From Phycisphaerae bacterium (GTDB lineage: Bacteria > Planctomycetota > Phycisphaerae > UBA1845): a DNA stretch of 64,000 nucleotides. The stretch is from NCBI GenBank assembly GCA_963666835.2, contig CAXXGO010000001.1, positions 896,001-960,000 of the forward strand, read 5' to 3'. Numbering within the stretch: position 1 is the stretch's first letter; every line of letters begins with the position of its first letter. Positions 32,827 through 42,284 of this stretch are shown here, in pieces. The notes below the pieces were generated by a model. It was not told the origin of the DNA. It ran no database searches and saw only the letters and a list, made by a program, of their open reading frames with translations. The position numbers and the translations under genes were made by a program.

Positions 32827-34050
32827 ATGAGCGGAAGGAAGTCGGTTGTTGCCACGGTGCTTGTGGTTTCGTGTGTGTTGGTGGCTCCGATGCAGGGTGC
32901 CGTTGATTTGGAGTTGCGGCCGGTGGCGCCGGCGTACGAGATTGGTGACACTGTACAAGTGGGGATCTACGCGTCGGCGGATGGCGAAAGCGGTGAGGTG
33001 GTCCGGGCCGTCAACGTGATCCTGGAATGGGATCCGGGGGTCATGGAACTCATCGGTGTTGACGATGCGGGCCCGTACGACTGGCTCATGTCTGGGTTTT
33101 TCAGCGATGCGGAGTTGGACGGCTTGAACGCCGATTGTGGGCCGGAGATCTTCTGCGAGCCTTACACTTATCTTCCGTACAACGATGGCGACGGGTACTA
33201 TCAAGCGATCGGGAACTTCAGCAACACTGCTGTTGCGCCGCCCTCGGGATTGCTGGTTTCGATTCTGGAGTTTCGCGCTTTGTCGATGGCTCTCGGAAGC
33301 GAGCTACGAATCGTTAGCGACGTAGGTGGGGTCACGACGACGGCCGTGGTCGGCGAATCGGGTCAGGACGTGCTTGGGGCTCTGGGCACGTGTTCGGTCA
33401 ACATCAATCCGGCTGTCGATTGGGGCATGCTCTCATTGTCGGCGCCTGTCAACACTTGCCTCTGGGCGCCGCCGGGTGGCTCTACGTATGTTGATCTTGT
33501 CGTGTCCGATCTGGCACAGTCGGTGAACGGCGTTCAGGCGTTGGTGCAGTATGACGAAACGCGATTGACTTTTGTCGGCGCGACGGGCGGGGATGGGTTG
33601 GGTTCTCCGTGGGATGCTGCGGCTGTTGCTGCTACCCAACTTGATGACGGCGTCGTGTCTGTCGGTGGCGTGTTGCTTGGCGGCAGCAGCGACGCCGACA
33701 GTGTTGTCGCGGAGCTCGAGTTCGTCACGGCGCCGGATATCACGTCGGGCCTGACCAGCGTCGAACTTCTTGTCCAGTTTCCACCTTTGGTTACGAAACT
33801 GACCAATGCGGCGACGGCGGAGGACGTTTATCCGGAGGTTTCGGGTCTGCAGATTGTAGAGCTGGCGGGCGACATAGATGCGGAGGGCGACGTTGATCTC
33901 GCCGATTATGCGGCCTTCGCGGTTTGCTATGGCTCCGATGTTGAGCTGGGAGACTGCTGCTGCTTTGACTTCGATTCCGATGGCGATGTTGACGGAGACG
34001 ACTACTACTTCCTCCACTCTGCTTGGACCGGGCCGCTTTCCATTCCATAG
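32827..34050 (+). CDS. Small secreted adaptor-like protein: two cohesin-like domains + C-terminal dockerin
   Basis: ATG 32827 follows GAGGGA; signal peptide MSGRKSVVATVLVVSCVLVAPMQG. VNVILEWDPGVMEL; VNGVQALVQYDETRLTF; GDIDAEGDVDLADY..FDFDSDGDVDGDDY. Confidence 0.8.
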   Translation: MSGRKSVVATVLVVSCVLVAPMQGAVDLELRPVAPAYEIGDTVQVGIYASADGESGEVVRAVNVILEWDPGVMELIGVDDAGPYDWLMSGFFSDAELDGLNADCGPEIFCEPYTYLPYNDGDGYYQAIGNFSNTAVAPPSGLLVSILEFRALSMALGSELRIVSDVGGVTTTAVVGESGQDVLGALGTCSVNINPAVDWGMLSLSAPVNTCLWAPPGGSTYVDLVVSDLAQSVNGVQALVQYDETRLTFVGATGGDGLGSPWDAAAVAATQLDDGVVSVGGVLLGGSSDADSVVAELEFVTAPDITSGLTSVELLVQFPPLVTKLTNAATAEDVYPEVSGLQIVELAGDIDAEGDVDLADYAAFAVCYGSDVELGDCCCFDFDSDGDVDGDDYYFLHSAWTGPLSIP

Positions 34051-34056
34051 GGCGGG

Positions 34057-34076
34057 TGAGTAAGCGCCCATCAGCA
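34057..34076. repeat. 20-bp direct repeat TGAGTAAGCGCCCATCAGCA, left copy (putative island boundary)
   Basis: Exact copy at 57546-57565; similarity extends a few bases further (cat-x-ggc). Confidence 0.8.
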
Positions 34077-34309
34077 ACATAGGCTGGGGCCGGTGGTTGC
34101 GGCTGGAGCGCGGGGGGCTTAGGCGCGCAGGTCCACGAGAGCGGGTCCAGAATGTCGCGGGCTCGCCGGATCTGTCGTGTGGATGTGGTTCGGAGCGACG
34201 TGCGCGTCGAGGCTCAGTCGCGGCGGGAGCATGCGTGACGCCGGGCGCGTAGGGGCATCATGCGCGACTGGCGTCGGTGGTGCGATGGGTTGTGCGGCGC
34301 GATCATGTC

Positions 34310-35401
34310 TCAAGCAGCGTTGCGATAGTAATGCCGCAGCAAGCCCCCGAGGAATTGCTGGCATCGGATGGTGGCGGCATTGGGGATCGGATCAATCGGT
34401 GGAGGGTCCGGTGATCCGGTTGCCGCAGCGGGGATCGTCAGGTTACCGAGCCCCTGGTGTGGGCGGTATTGGTTGTGGAAACGAACATGCGACTGACATA
34501 TGTAGTTCAGATGGTCCAGGCCGAAGCACAGGAAGTAGTTCAGGGTCTCTCTTTTTAGTCCGCCGATCCATGATTCGATGAACGAATTGGCGTCAGGGGC
34601 CAGGAGGGGTGTTCTCAGGCAGCGCGTACCGGCACTCTTGAACAGTCGGCGGAAGCCGGCCGAGAACTTGGTGTCGCGATCATGGATGAGGAACCGGGCG
34701 TGAATCTGATTGTCCTCAAGCCACATCATCACGTTCCGCGCTTGCTGTTGGACCCACCTGTCGTTCGGATGATACGTGGACGGACTGAGAAACACCTCAC
34801 GCGTGCCGACATGAATGAACGCAAGACAGTAGGCGACGCGGATTCCGAAGGGGGTGATCACGTTTTTCGTAAAGAAGTCGCAGGCGATGAGCGTGTCAAG
34901 ATGAAGGCGGATGAACTTCTGCCAAGTCGTCTCGTTGGCTTTCCCTCGACGGGTGGGGGAGGGCGTAAGCCCCTCTTCCTTCAGGATTCGACGGACCGAG
35001 GATCGTCCGAGCTTGAACCGGAGCTTCCGCAGCTCGCCGACGATGCGGCGATAGCCCCAACCGGCGTTCTCCTTGGCCAATCGGATGACAACCTCGCGCA
35101 TGTTGCGGGCGATCTTCGGCCGGCCGACACGTTTCGGTCGGCGCCCTTCACGGAACTCCGTCACCCAGCGACAATACGTCCGAGGCGTGACGATGCCGAT
35201 CACGTCGGCAACGTCGTGGTCGAGCTCCTGGCCGATTGCCAACAGCCGGGCGCGGTCCTCCGGGCTGGGAATGACCCGGTTGCCGCCGAGCTTGCGTCTG
35301 AGGATCTCGACTTGGGCTTTGAGGAAGCGGATGCGGTTATCGCGGCGCGCGGCACCGGCTTCAAAGAGGAGATGCAAAACGACGTAGAACCAGCGAACCA
35401 T
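34310..35401 (-). mobile_element. Integrase core (rve/DDE) domain transposase-like gene
   Basis: LAKENAGWGYRRIVGEL, ACDFF, FLIHDRDTKF, NSFIESWIGGLKRE, RPHQGLGN, LGGLLRHY. Terminal inverted repeats not identified. Confidence 0.9.
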
Positions 35402-35452
35402 TGTTTATGAATCCTGAAGAAGAACCAGTGAAAACACGGCAATGAGAACCCT

Positions 35453-35488
35453 CCGACATTTTGGACCTCCGCCCAAACCGAGGCAACC
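35453..35488. repeat. 36-bp direct repeat, left copy (33/36 identical to 53197-53232)
   Basis: CCGACATTTTGGACCTCCGCCCAAACCGAGGCAACC vs CCGACATTTTGAACCCCCGCCCAAACCGAGGCGACC. Confidence 0.85.
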
Positions 35489-35580
35489 CACCGCCGGCCT
35501 GGGCTATGGCCCCGACCTGCCGCTGGCTGAGCTCAGAATCACGCCTGCATGCAAGTGTGCAGTCCCTCCTGCTGTGTCAG

Positions 35581-35665
35581 CCCTGTACTTGACGCTATCT
35601 ACAGGGGTGTCCAAAATGAGGCCCAAGATGATGCTCTACATGTTGAACATGTTGCACATGTAGAG
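35581..35665. promoter_or_regulatory. Cluster of dyad sites: CCCTGTA..TACAGGG around TTGACG-N17-CAAAAT, and palindrome CTCTACATGT..ACATGTAGAG containing three ACATGT at 9-bp period
   Basis: Read directly. Function (recombinase arm site, operator or promoter) is inference. Confidence 0.5.
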
Positions 35666-35717
35666 TTGGGAAATCGAAGCGCAAACTTCTGAAAACGCTG
35701 TAGGTTACGTGCTGACA

Positions 35718-35761
35718 AGGACTTAGCTCCTTCTCAGCTCGTAAGGCTCATAACCCGGAGG
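35718..35761 (+). other. att-like site containing a tRNA-Met(CAT) anticodon-arm fragment
   Basis: AGCTCGTAAGGCTCATAACCCGGAGG resembles initiator tRNA AGCTCGTCGGGCTCATAACCCGAAGG; T-arm and acceptor stem are absent. Preceded by AGGACTTA. Confidence 0.65.
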
Positions 35762-36159
35762 CAAGCACGGAACGCCAGCCCGGCCAGAGCTTGGACAGCC
35801 ACACCCAGAAGATCCGGTCCCGGCGCCGTCGCTAACCAGGTAGTAGCCTAAGACGGATCTGGCTTTTGCGTTGCCGCGGGGGCGACCCGTAAAGCGGCAT
35901 CGATTCCCCCCAACCTCACGAGGACGTGCGCTGGCCGATCGCGATCTGGTTCGGCTTAGGAGCCTCTCCGCAACGCCAGAGCGCGGGGGAGAAAGTCGGA
36001 CACGTCGTACCGGTACCCCGGGCCGTCTCTCTCAGGTCGGGTTGTCCCGCGTAGTCAGTTGATCCGTGTACCTGCTGGACGGCCGGCGTGCGACGACGGA
36101 GAATAATATCCAAGTCTCATTCGCACAGCTTTCGACTGAATTCAAGGAGAGAGTCTCCG

Positions 36160-39102
36160 ATGGGCCGTTTGGACGACATCCTGGCAAAGCTGCGGGAGTA
36201 TCGCTGGATAAACTACTCCGGCTATGACCGGATAGCTGATTACGTCCGAGACGGAAGTGACGCTGCTCTGCGCGCTATTCCCGCTCCGGGCCAATACTCA
36301 TACTGGACGTCAGAACTCACTCGCGCACTCCGCGATCCGGCAGACTGGCGCGAAGAAGATTGCCGCCTAGCTCATGTTCTCTTGCATCTCGGTGCGGACA
36401 ATGTGCTTTGGGAGTGGCTTGACCACCTTCTGGCTCGTGAAGGCCCAAGTCAAGATTTCTTTACCGTAGTCGCGCGCGAGTGCAGAGGTTGGTCTACATC
36501 CAAGGTGGCGGCGAACGCACTCCAGCGATTGGGGCGTTTCGTTCGCGATGGACAGCCGACTTCATTTGGCCGGTACCTCCTCGCCCTGAGTAAGAAGGAC
36601 TTGGAGCGCGCGGTGAAGAGCGCAGAGTGCGCGAACGCGGCTGAGTTCGTAGCGTTACTGCTTGATCATGGCCCGGAGCGATTGGACGCGGTATTGTCAA
36701 CCGTCTTGGATCGTTTGTGCTTGAAGTCCGACCGGGCGCAAGTATTCCAGGTTTTGCTACAGAAGTGCGGCGACCGGTACGAGCAGTTTATTGCCAAGCG
36801 AACAGAGAAGGAGAAGGACCGTTGGGCTCAGTTTTGCGCATTGCAGGTTCTTCACGCCTACGCGCCTGAGCGATACGGGTCAACAGCCCTCGCGATCTCA
36901 CGTCGTGCGTTAAAAGGCAATTGGCAGAAGGTAAACCGGGACCAGGTGGCTGAGTGGATGGCGGGCAACCTCGGCGTTGAGGTCGTCCCGGATCTGACCG
37001 AATTCGCTGGCAAGGCAACCCGGCAACACGACGTGGCCGGAATGGCCCACACCGCAGACACCCAACTTGGTTCTGCGGCCGTTCCGGTCTTCAAGGCTCT
37101 GCTTGCGAACGAGAACGCTGACGTCCGCGCGGTCGGCGTGGAATCGCTAATGCGTTTGCAGTCTCCTGAACACGAACAGGCCGTCGAGGCCGAACTCCGG
37201 AGGGAATTGGGCGAGAAGAGCGCGGACCGCGTGCTCAAGAGCCTGACGCTGGCGATGAAGTGGAAACCCGAGCGCATCCTAGATGTTCTGTGGAAGCTGC
37301 TGGAGCATAGATCAAGGCCGGTGCGAATGGCGGCCGCTCGCAGCATGGCGAGTTGCGGAGACGCTGTCGTGGATGAGTCGGCTGCACTTCTTGTGCACAA
37401 GAAAGCCGATGTGCGTATTGCGGCAGTGGAGATACTCGCATCCATCGGATCCGAACGTGCGACGACCGCCCTTGAACAACGCCTGGATGAAGAGTCGAGC
37501 GAAGACGTACGCGACCAGATGCTCTTTGGGCTTGAAGCGGCCTGGAACGCGCAAGGCCGTGAGACCACCAAGACGGATATCGCGGCGCGAATCAAGCGTA
37601 CCAAAGACAAGCTCGAGGACCCTGTGGCTGACTGGCTTGCTGAAGATACTCTTCCGACGCTCAAGTGGACCGATGGTAAGCGACTGTCCAATCGCGAAGT
37701 GCGCTACTTGCTCTACCGCCAATCACGCGCGAAGGAGATAAGGCCGGATCCTGAGGCCGCCGCGGTATACCGACTGATCGATCGCAGCCGCAGCGGTTCC
37801 TTCGCCGCCGCGGTTCTCGCGGCGTTTCTCCAAAGTGGCCAAGAGGCAACGGACCGCTGGGCCATGACGGTGGCGGGCATGCTCGGAGACGACGCCGTTG
37901 TCCCAGTGCTGGCGGCACAGATCCGAAGCTGGGCAGAGAGCAACCGGGGGAAGATGGCAGAGTGGGCCGTGCAGGCGCTAGCTCTGCTGGGGACCGACAG
38001 CGCGCTGCTTGCCGTTGATGCGATGGCGATCCGGTATCGCACCAAGATGAAGAACATCGGCCGCGCTGCCGCGGAGTCGTTCGCGCTCGCTGCCGAGCGG
38101 ATGGGCGTAACACCGGACGAACTTGGCGATCGCGTGGTCCCATGGCTGTGTTTCGCACCGAACGAAACGTGCCTGATCGATGCCGGGCAAAAGCAGTACG
38201 AAGTGCGGATCGGACCTGATCTGAAACTGCGCTACATCGAAACGAAGAAGGGCAAGGCCGTCAAGAGCCTGCCGAAGAGCGTGTCAGCCGATGTAAAGAC
38301 GGAAATGAAGGGAGTCGCAGCCAACCTACGCGAGGTGGTCAAGGCTCAGACCTTACGATTAGAGAACCTGCTCGTGCGGCAGCGACGTTGGTCGGCGACA
38401 CGTTGGCGTGAGCTCTTCCTCCCGCATCCAATCCTCTTGCCGTTCGCGACCCGGCTAGTTTGGGGAACGTACGATGATTCCGGTCAACTCTGCGGACTGT
38501 TCCGAGCTCTGGAAGATCGTACTCTCACCACCAACGCCGACGACGCGTATGAGTTGCCCGACGACGCGAGCGTTGGGCTTGTTCATCCGCTCGAAATTGA
38601 CGACCAAACACGCACAGCTTGGCTCACCCACCTGGCCGACTACGAAATCGAACCGCCGTTTCCACAGCTTGAAAGAGAAGTTGTGAACGCTGCGGAGGAC
38701 CAACACGATCAGAAGAACTACCTGGCGCTTGACGGCGCCGTGCTCAATGGCATGACGTTCAAGGGCCGTGCCGAGCGCCTCGGCTGGGTGCGTGGCTCGG
38801 TTGTCGACGCCGGCTCGGTGAGCGGTTATCACAAGAGTTTTCCCACTGCGGGCGTTGACGTAATCATCGGCATAGAAGGCATGTTCATGGGCATGGACAT
38901 GTACGACGAGATTACGCTCGGCCCGGTTCTCTTCGTTCGTGATGGCACCGTCAAGTACGGCAGCTACCAGTACGATGAACCGAGTGACGAGAGTGATCCG
39001 CGCGTCATGCGTTTTGGCGATGTCGCTGCCATCGCCTTCTCCGAAGCCATGGGCGACCTTAGACGCATTGCCGGCGAGAAGGCCGGCAACTCATCGGAGT
39101 AG
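36160..39102 (+). CDS. DUF4132 domain protein with HEAT repeats (YehI/MolR-like)
   Basis: ATG 36160 follows AAGGAG. HEAT repeats (DVRIAAVEILASIG); DELGDRVVP, RLENLLVRQRRW, HPILLPFATRLVWG, HPLEI, DYEIEPPFPQLER, FSEAMGDL. Confidence 0.85.
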   Translation: MGRLDDILAKLREYRWINYSGYDRIADYVRDGSDAALRAIPAPGQYSYWTSELTRALRDPADWREEDCRLAHVLLHLGADNVLWEWLDHLLAREGPSQDFFTVVARECRGWSTSKVAANALQRLGRFVRDGQPTSFGRYLLALSKKDLERAVKSAECANAAEFVALLLDHGPERLDAVLSTVLDRLCLKSDRAQVFQVLLQKCGDRYEQFIAKRTEKEKDRWAQFCALQVLHAYAPERYGSTALAISRRALKGNWQKVNRDQVAEWMAGNLGVEVVPDLTEFAGKATRQHDVAGMAHTADTQLGSAAVPVFKALLANENADVRAVGVESLMRLQSPEHEQAVEAELRRELGEKSADRVLKSLTLAMKWKPERILDVLWKLLEHRSRPVRMAAARSMASCGDAVVDESAALLVHKKADVRIAAVEILASIGSERATTALEQRLDEESSEDVRDQMLFGLEAAWNAQGRETTKTDIAARIKRTKDKLEDPVADWLAEDTLPTLKWTDGKRLSNREVRYLLYRQSRAKEIRPDPEAAAVYRLIDRSRSGSFAAAVLAAFLQSGQEATDRWAMTVAGMLGDDAVVPVLAAQIRSWAESNRGKMAEWAVQALALLGTDSALLAVDAMAIRYRTKMKNIGRAAAESFALAAERMGVTPDELGDRVVPWLCFAPNETCLIDAGQKQYEVRIGPDLKLRYIETKKGKAVKSLPKSVSADVKTEMKGVAANLREVVKAQTLRLENLLVRQRRWSATRWRELFLPHPILLPFATRLVWGTYDDSGQLCGLFRALEDRTLTTNADDAYELPDDASVGLVHPLEIDDQTRTAWLTHLADYEIEPPFPQLEREVVNAAEDQHDQKNYLALDGAVLNGMTFKGRAERLGWVRGSVVDAGSVSGYHKSFPTAGVDVIIGIEGMFMGMDMYDEITLGPVLFVRDGTVKYGSYQYDEPSDESDPRVMRFGDVAAIAFSEAMGDLRRIAGEKAGNSSE

Positions 39103-39111
39103 CCGAGCCGA

Positions 39112-41154
39112 TCAGGCAAACCGTCGGCTCCAGACTGCCGTGGTTTCTTGCTGCAGTGCGAGACGCAGGATGAAGCTGCATTCGAGCAGCCTTTCAGCGG
39201 TATCGGCGGTTTCGAGACCGCGGCGTGACTGTTCCAGGGCAGCCACGGTCCGCCGGAGAGCGTCGCGGCACGTTGTCAGACTCAACGTATCGAATGCCTC
39301 GCACGCGGCGCGTAGCGGAGCGAGGTCGCGCTGAACGCGCAGACCCGCCTCCGCAACGTCCTCGAGTCGGTCGAGCGTCTGCCGCAAGAGCAGGCCCACG
39401 CGAGAGTTGGGAGTATCGGGAACGTCGAACTCACGTTTGGCGTTCGCCTCGGAGTCATCCTTGGCAAAAGACGCGGTCGTTGAAGTTGCCTTACGTGAAG
39501 TCGTAACGCCGTCAAGCGTAATGTGTATGAACCGATCTTCGGTGATCAGAGTCACCGGTTCAACGTGTACGCCGTCCACCCCGGCTCGCAGCAGCGCCAG
39601 TACGGCTACCAGCTCATCGGATCCGACCGTCTCTATATGTTCGACGGCTTTGGGGATGCTCTCTTGGTAGGCAAGTCGTAGCGGAAGTACGCGCTCATCC
39701 GGGTCGATCAGCGCACGCTGCATAGCTTGGTTCACCGCGTCGAAAACCGGGTCCGCGACACGCGCGGGTACTACCAGCACAACGTCGTCGTTCTCTACCT
39801 GCTGCGTCAGCCCGCCCCCGAAGATACGCTCGATCCGGGGAACTAGCTCCGGCCATTGGCGCACGCATGATACGTGCGAAAGCTCCGTGTCCCCCACGCG
39901 CACCGCACGGGCTCCGTGCCGTCCGGACAGTCGTCCGACCGGATTGCGGAATACACCCGATACACGGTAACGCGAGCGACTCGCTTCTCGCGGGTTACGC
40001 ACTCCGGGCCACGGAAACTCCTGGGTGTATCGAGCGCTCGGATCGAACTGCTGTTCTGCGGGACGGGTATCGGTCCAAGTGTTCCAGCGTTGGGCATGCG
40101 GCTCCCAGAAATACACCGTTAGGCCTTCATAGCCGCTGTGCGTCCGCCACTGTCTGGCGCCAACGCCGATCAACTCCAGCTCGCCGGCAACTTGTTCGTA
40201 CTTGGTTCGATGGACGCCGATCAACTCAGGGGTAGGCTGTGCCAACGCCGTGGCAAGCGCCCAAGTATGCGCCCCAACCTGCAAGATGCGTGTGGCGTCT
40301 CCCTGGGCGTCACGTCTCAGCAACAACTCGGTTTCGGTCGCGAGGACGCTCAGCATCCGCTCCAGACGCGGGAGGTCGACGCCGTGTGCGGAGACTCCAA
40401 GTGTCTTCAGGCGGTTCTGCGTTGCCTCGGATACGCGTTCAAGTCCCAAGGCGACCATCTCGTGCAGAACCTGCCGAACGGCTTTGAGTACTTCGTCACG
40501 GCTGCGTGGTGCACCCGCTGAGGTTTCTAGAACACGCGCGGGCAGCTCCGGCAACGTGCGTCCCTCCCGCGCCCAAAGGGCCAAGACGGCCGACACCTTG
40601 TGCTTGCATGCACCGGCTGCGTGACACGTGCACAACATCCCGTCCAGCCCCTGACCATTTAGCCAGCGCACTGTTGCGTTCTGGACCGGAAGCGTGATCA
40701 CAATCGTTGCTCCGATATTGAAGCGTGCATCACCGCGTGGAGCCTGCAAAGCTCGCCGAAAGAGTGTCTTTCCCGCCCAGGACTCCAGAGCTTCCGGACT
40801 GAGGTCCATGATCTCGGTTAGCGGATCGCCAACCGGAGTCAATGACGGTTCTTCCACTGATGGCGTCATCTGGTCACGCAAGTACAGCAACGTGACCAAC
40901 ACGTGCCTGCAGACCGAGCTTGCTCCGCAGTCACACTTCGCCGCCGTCGGAACAGCCCCGAGCAGGACGCGATGGCCCTCCACGTCAAATGTGAGCTGAT
41001 CTCCGTCCGCCCCAGTGTGCCGCGGGACACTCTTCTGAAGGTCTTTATGGGCTCGCCGCACTAGCCCCTTGTTGGCCAGGGCCGCCAACGCATCGTCGTC
41101 CAGCGCGGCTACCTGCCTAGCCAGCGCGGTTAACTCAGGGCTTTTGCCAGCCAT
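39112..41154 (-). CDS. SWIM zinc-finger protein (YehQ-like)
   Basis: LAALANKGLVRRA; two SWIM-type motifs CDCGASSVCRH and CTCHAAGACKH. Confidence 0.8.
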   Translation of the reverse strand: MAGKSPELTALARQVAALDDDALAALANKGLVRRAHKDLQKSVPRHTGADGDQLTFDVEGHRVLLGAVPTAAKCDCGASSVCRHVLVTLLYLRDQMTPSVEEPSLTPVGDPLTEIMDLSPEALESWAGKTLFRRALQAPRGDARFNIGATIVITLPVQNATVRWLNGQGLDGMLCTCHAAGACKHKVSAVLALWAREGRTLPELPARVLETSAGAPRSRDEVLKAVRQVLHEMVALGLERVSEATQNRLKTLGVSAHGVDLPRLERMLSVLATETELLLRRDAQGDATRILQVGAHTWALATALAQPTPELIGVHRTKYEQVAGELELIGVGARQWRTHSGYEGLTVYFWEPHAQRWNTWTDTRPAEQQFDPSARYTQEFPWPGVRNPREASRSRYRVSGVFRNPVGRLSGRHGARAVRVGDTELSHVSCVRQWPELVPRIERIFGGGLTQQVENDDVVLVVPARVADPVFDAVNQAMQRALIDPDERVLPLRLAYQESIPKAVEHIETVGSDELVAVLALLRAGVDGVHVEPVTLITEDRFIHITLDGVTTSRKATSTTASFAKDDSEANAKREFDVPDTPNSRVGLLLRQTLDRLEDVAEAGLRVQRDLAPLRAACEAFDTLSLTTCRDALRRTVAALEQSRRGLETADTAERLLECSFILRLALQQETTAVWSRRFA

Positions 41155-42284
41155 TCGGCCAACCTCTGCGGAGTCAATGCCGCGACCTCAGCTCCGAGGT
41201 CCACACAGCGGGCTGCGAGCCCGTGGTCATAAAAAGGCTCAGCCTTAGAATCCAAGGCCGCCAGCCCGAGCACGCGCGCTCCGGATTCTCGTATCCGCTT
41301 GATGGCCCCCAGCATCCGATCTTCCGGTGCACCCTCGCAGAAATCCGTGACGAGCACAACGACGGTGCGCGTTGGCTGCCGCACGAGGGACTCGCAGTAC
41401 ATCAGTGCCCGCCCAATGTCCGTACCGCCTCCGAGCTGTACACTCATGAGCACCTCGACCGGGTCACTCGCGACTTCCGTCAGATCAACCACCTCCGTGT
41501 CGAACGCTACCAGACTGACCCGCATGGCCGGCAACGCTTTGAAGATTCCGGCCATGACCGCCGAGTGGATTACCGAATCGACCATCGACCCACTGCAATC
41601 GACGGCCATGATGATGTGCCATTTGATATGGTGCTGAATGCGCGAATGGAAGAACAGCTCGCTGAGGACGATTTGTTTCTTCTCTTTGTCGAAGTTCTTC
41701 AGGTTCGCACGGATGGTTCGACGCACGTTCAGGTTCTTGGCGACCTTGAGCAGACTGCGGCGTTGCCGGTTAAGTCGGCCCCATAGCACCTGTTTGACGT
41801 CCTTCGCAAGTTGGCGAGTAAGGTCTTCAACAACCTGCCGCACAACGCGCCGAGCAGCATCTAGCACATCGGCGTTCATCATGCCGCGGTACGTCAGGAC
41901 GGCTTTCAGCAACTCGTAGTTCGGTTCGAGTTTCTCAAGCACCTCGCGGTCGGTTACCAGTTCTGTCATGCCGTAGCGGTCCAGCGCGTGACGCTCGACC
42001 ACTTCCACCGTCTCTCGCGGAAACAAGTCGCGAACTTCTGCCAGCCAATCTGGGAGAATCAGCACACTGGGATCCAGTCCGCCCCGGCGACCTGCGCCGG
42101 GACGGCGCACGCCCCTCGCGGCGTATTCGCGGCCGTAAAGGTATTGGAGTACGCGGTCCATGCGGTCGTATCGTGAACCTGTCGGCCCCTCCGGCTCCCC
42201 GAGTTGCCCCTCGGCAAAGCGACCGAGTACCAACCGCCATCGCCCTAGCGCGATCATGTCTTCCGGATTACGTGTCTGGCTCAT
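41130..42284 (-). CDS. VWA/CoxE-like protein (YehP-like)
   Basis: RWRLVLG, MIDAS DCSGSM, QLGGGTDI, VTDFCEG. Confidence 0.9.
   Translation of the reverse strand: MSQTRNPEDMIALGRWRLVLGRFAEGQLGEPEGPTGSRYDRMDRVLQYLYGREYAARGVRRPGAGRRGGLDPSVLILPDWLAEVRDLFPRETVEVVERHALDRYGMTELVTDREVLEKLEPNYELLKAVLTYRGMMNADVLDAARRVVRQVVEDLTRQLAKDVKQVLWGRLNRQRRSLLKVAKNLNVRRTIRANLKNFDKEKKQIVLSELFFHSRIQHHIKWHIIMAVDCSGSMVDSVIHSAVMAGIFKALPAMRVSLVAFDTEVVDLTEVASDPVEVLMSVQLGGGTDIGRALMYCESLVRQPTRTVVVLVTDFCEGAPEDRMLGAIKRIRESGARVLGLAALDSKAEPFYDHGLAARCVDLGAEVAALTPQRLAEWLAKALS

Noticed and set aside
35736..35761. Intact tRNA-Met gene
   Set aside because: No T-arm (GTTC), acceptor stem or CCA; only an anticodon-arm fragment.
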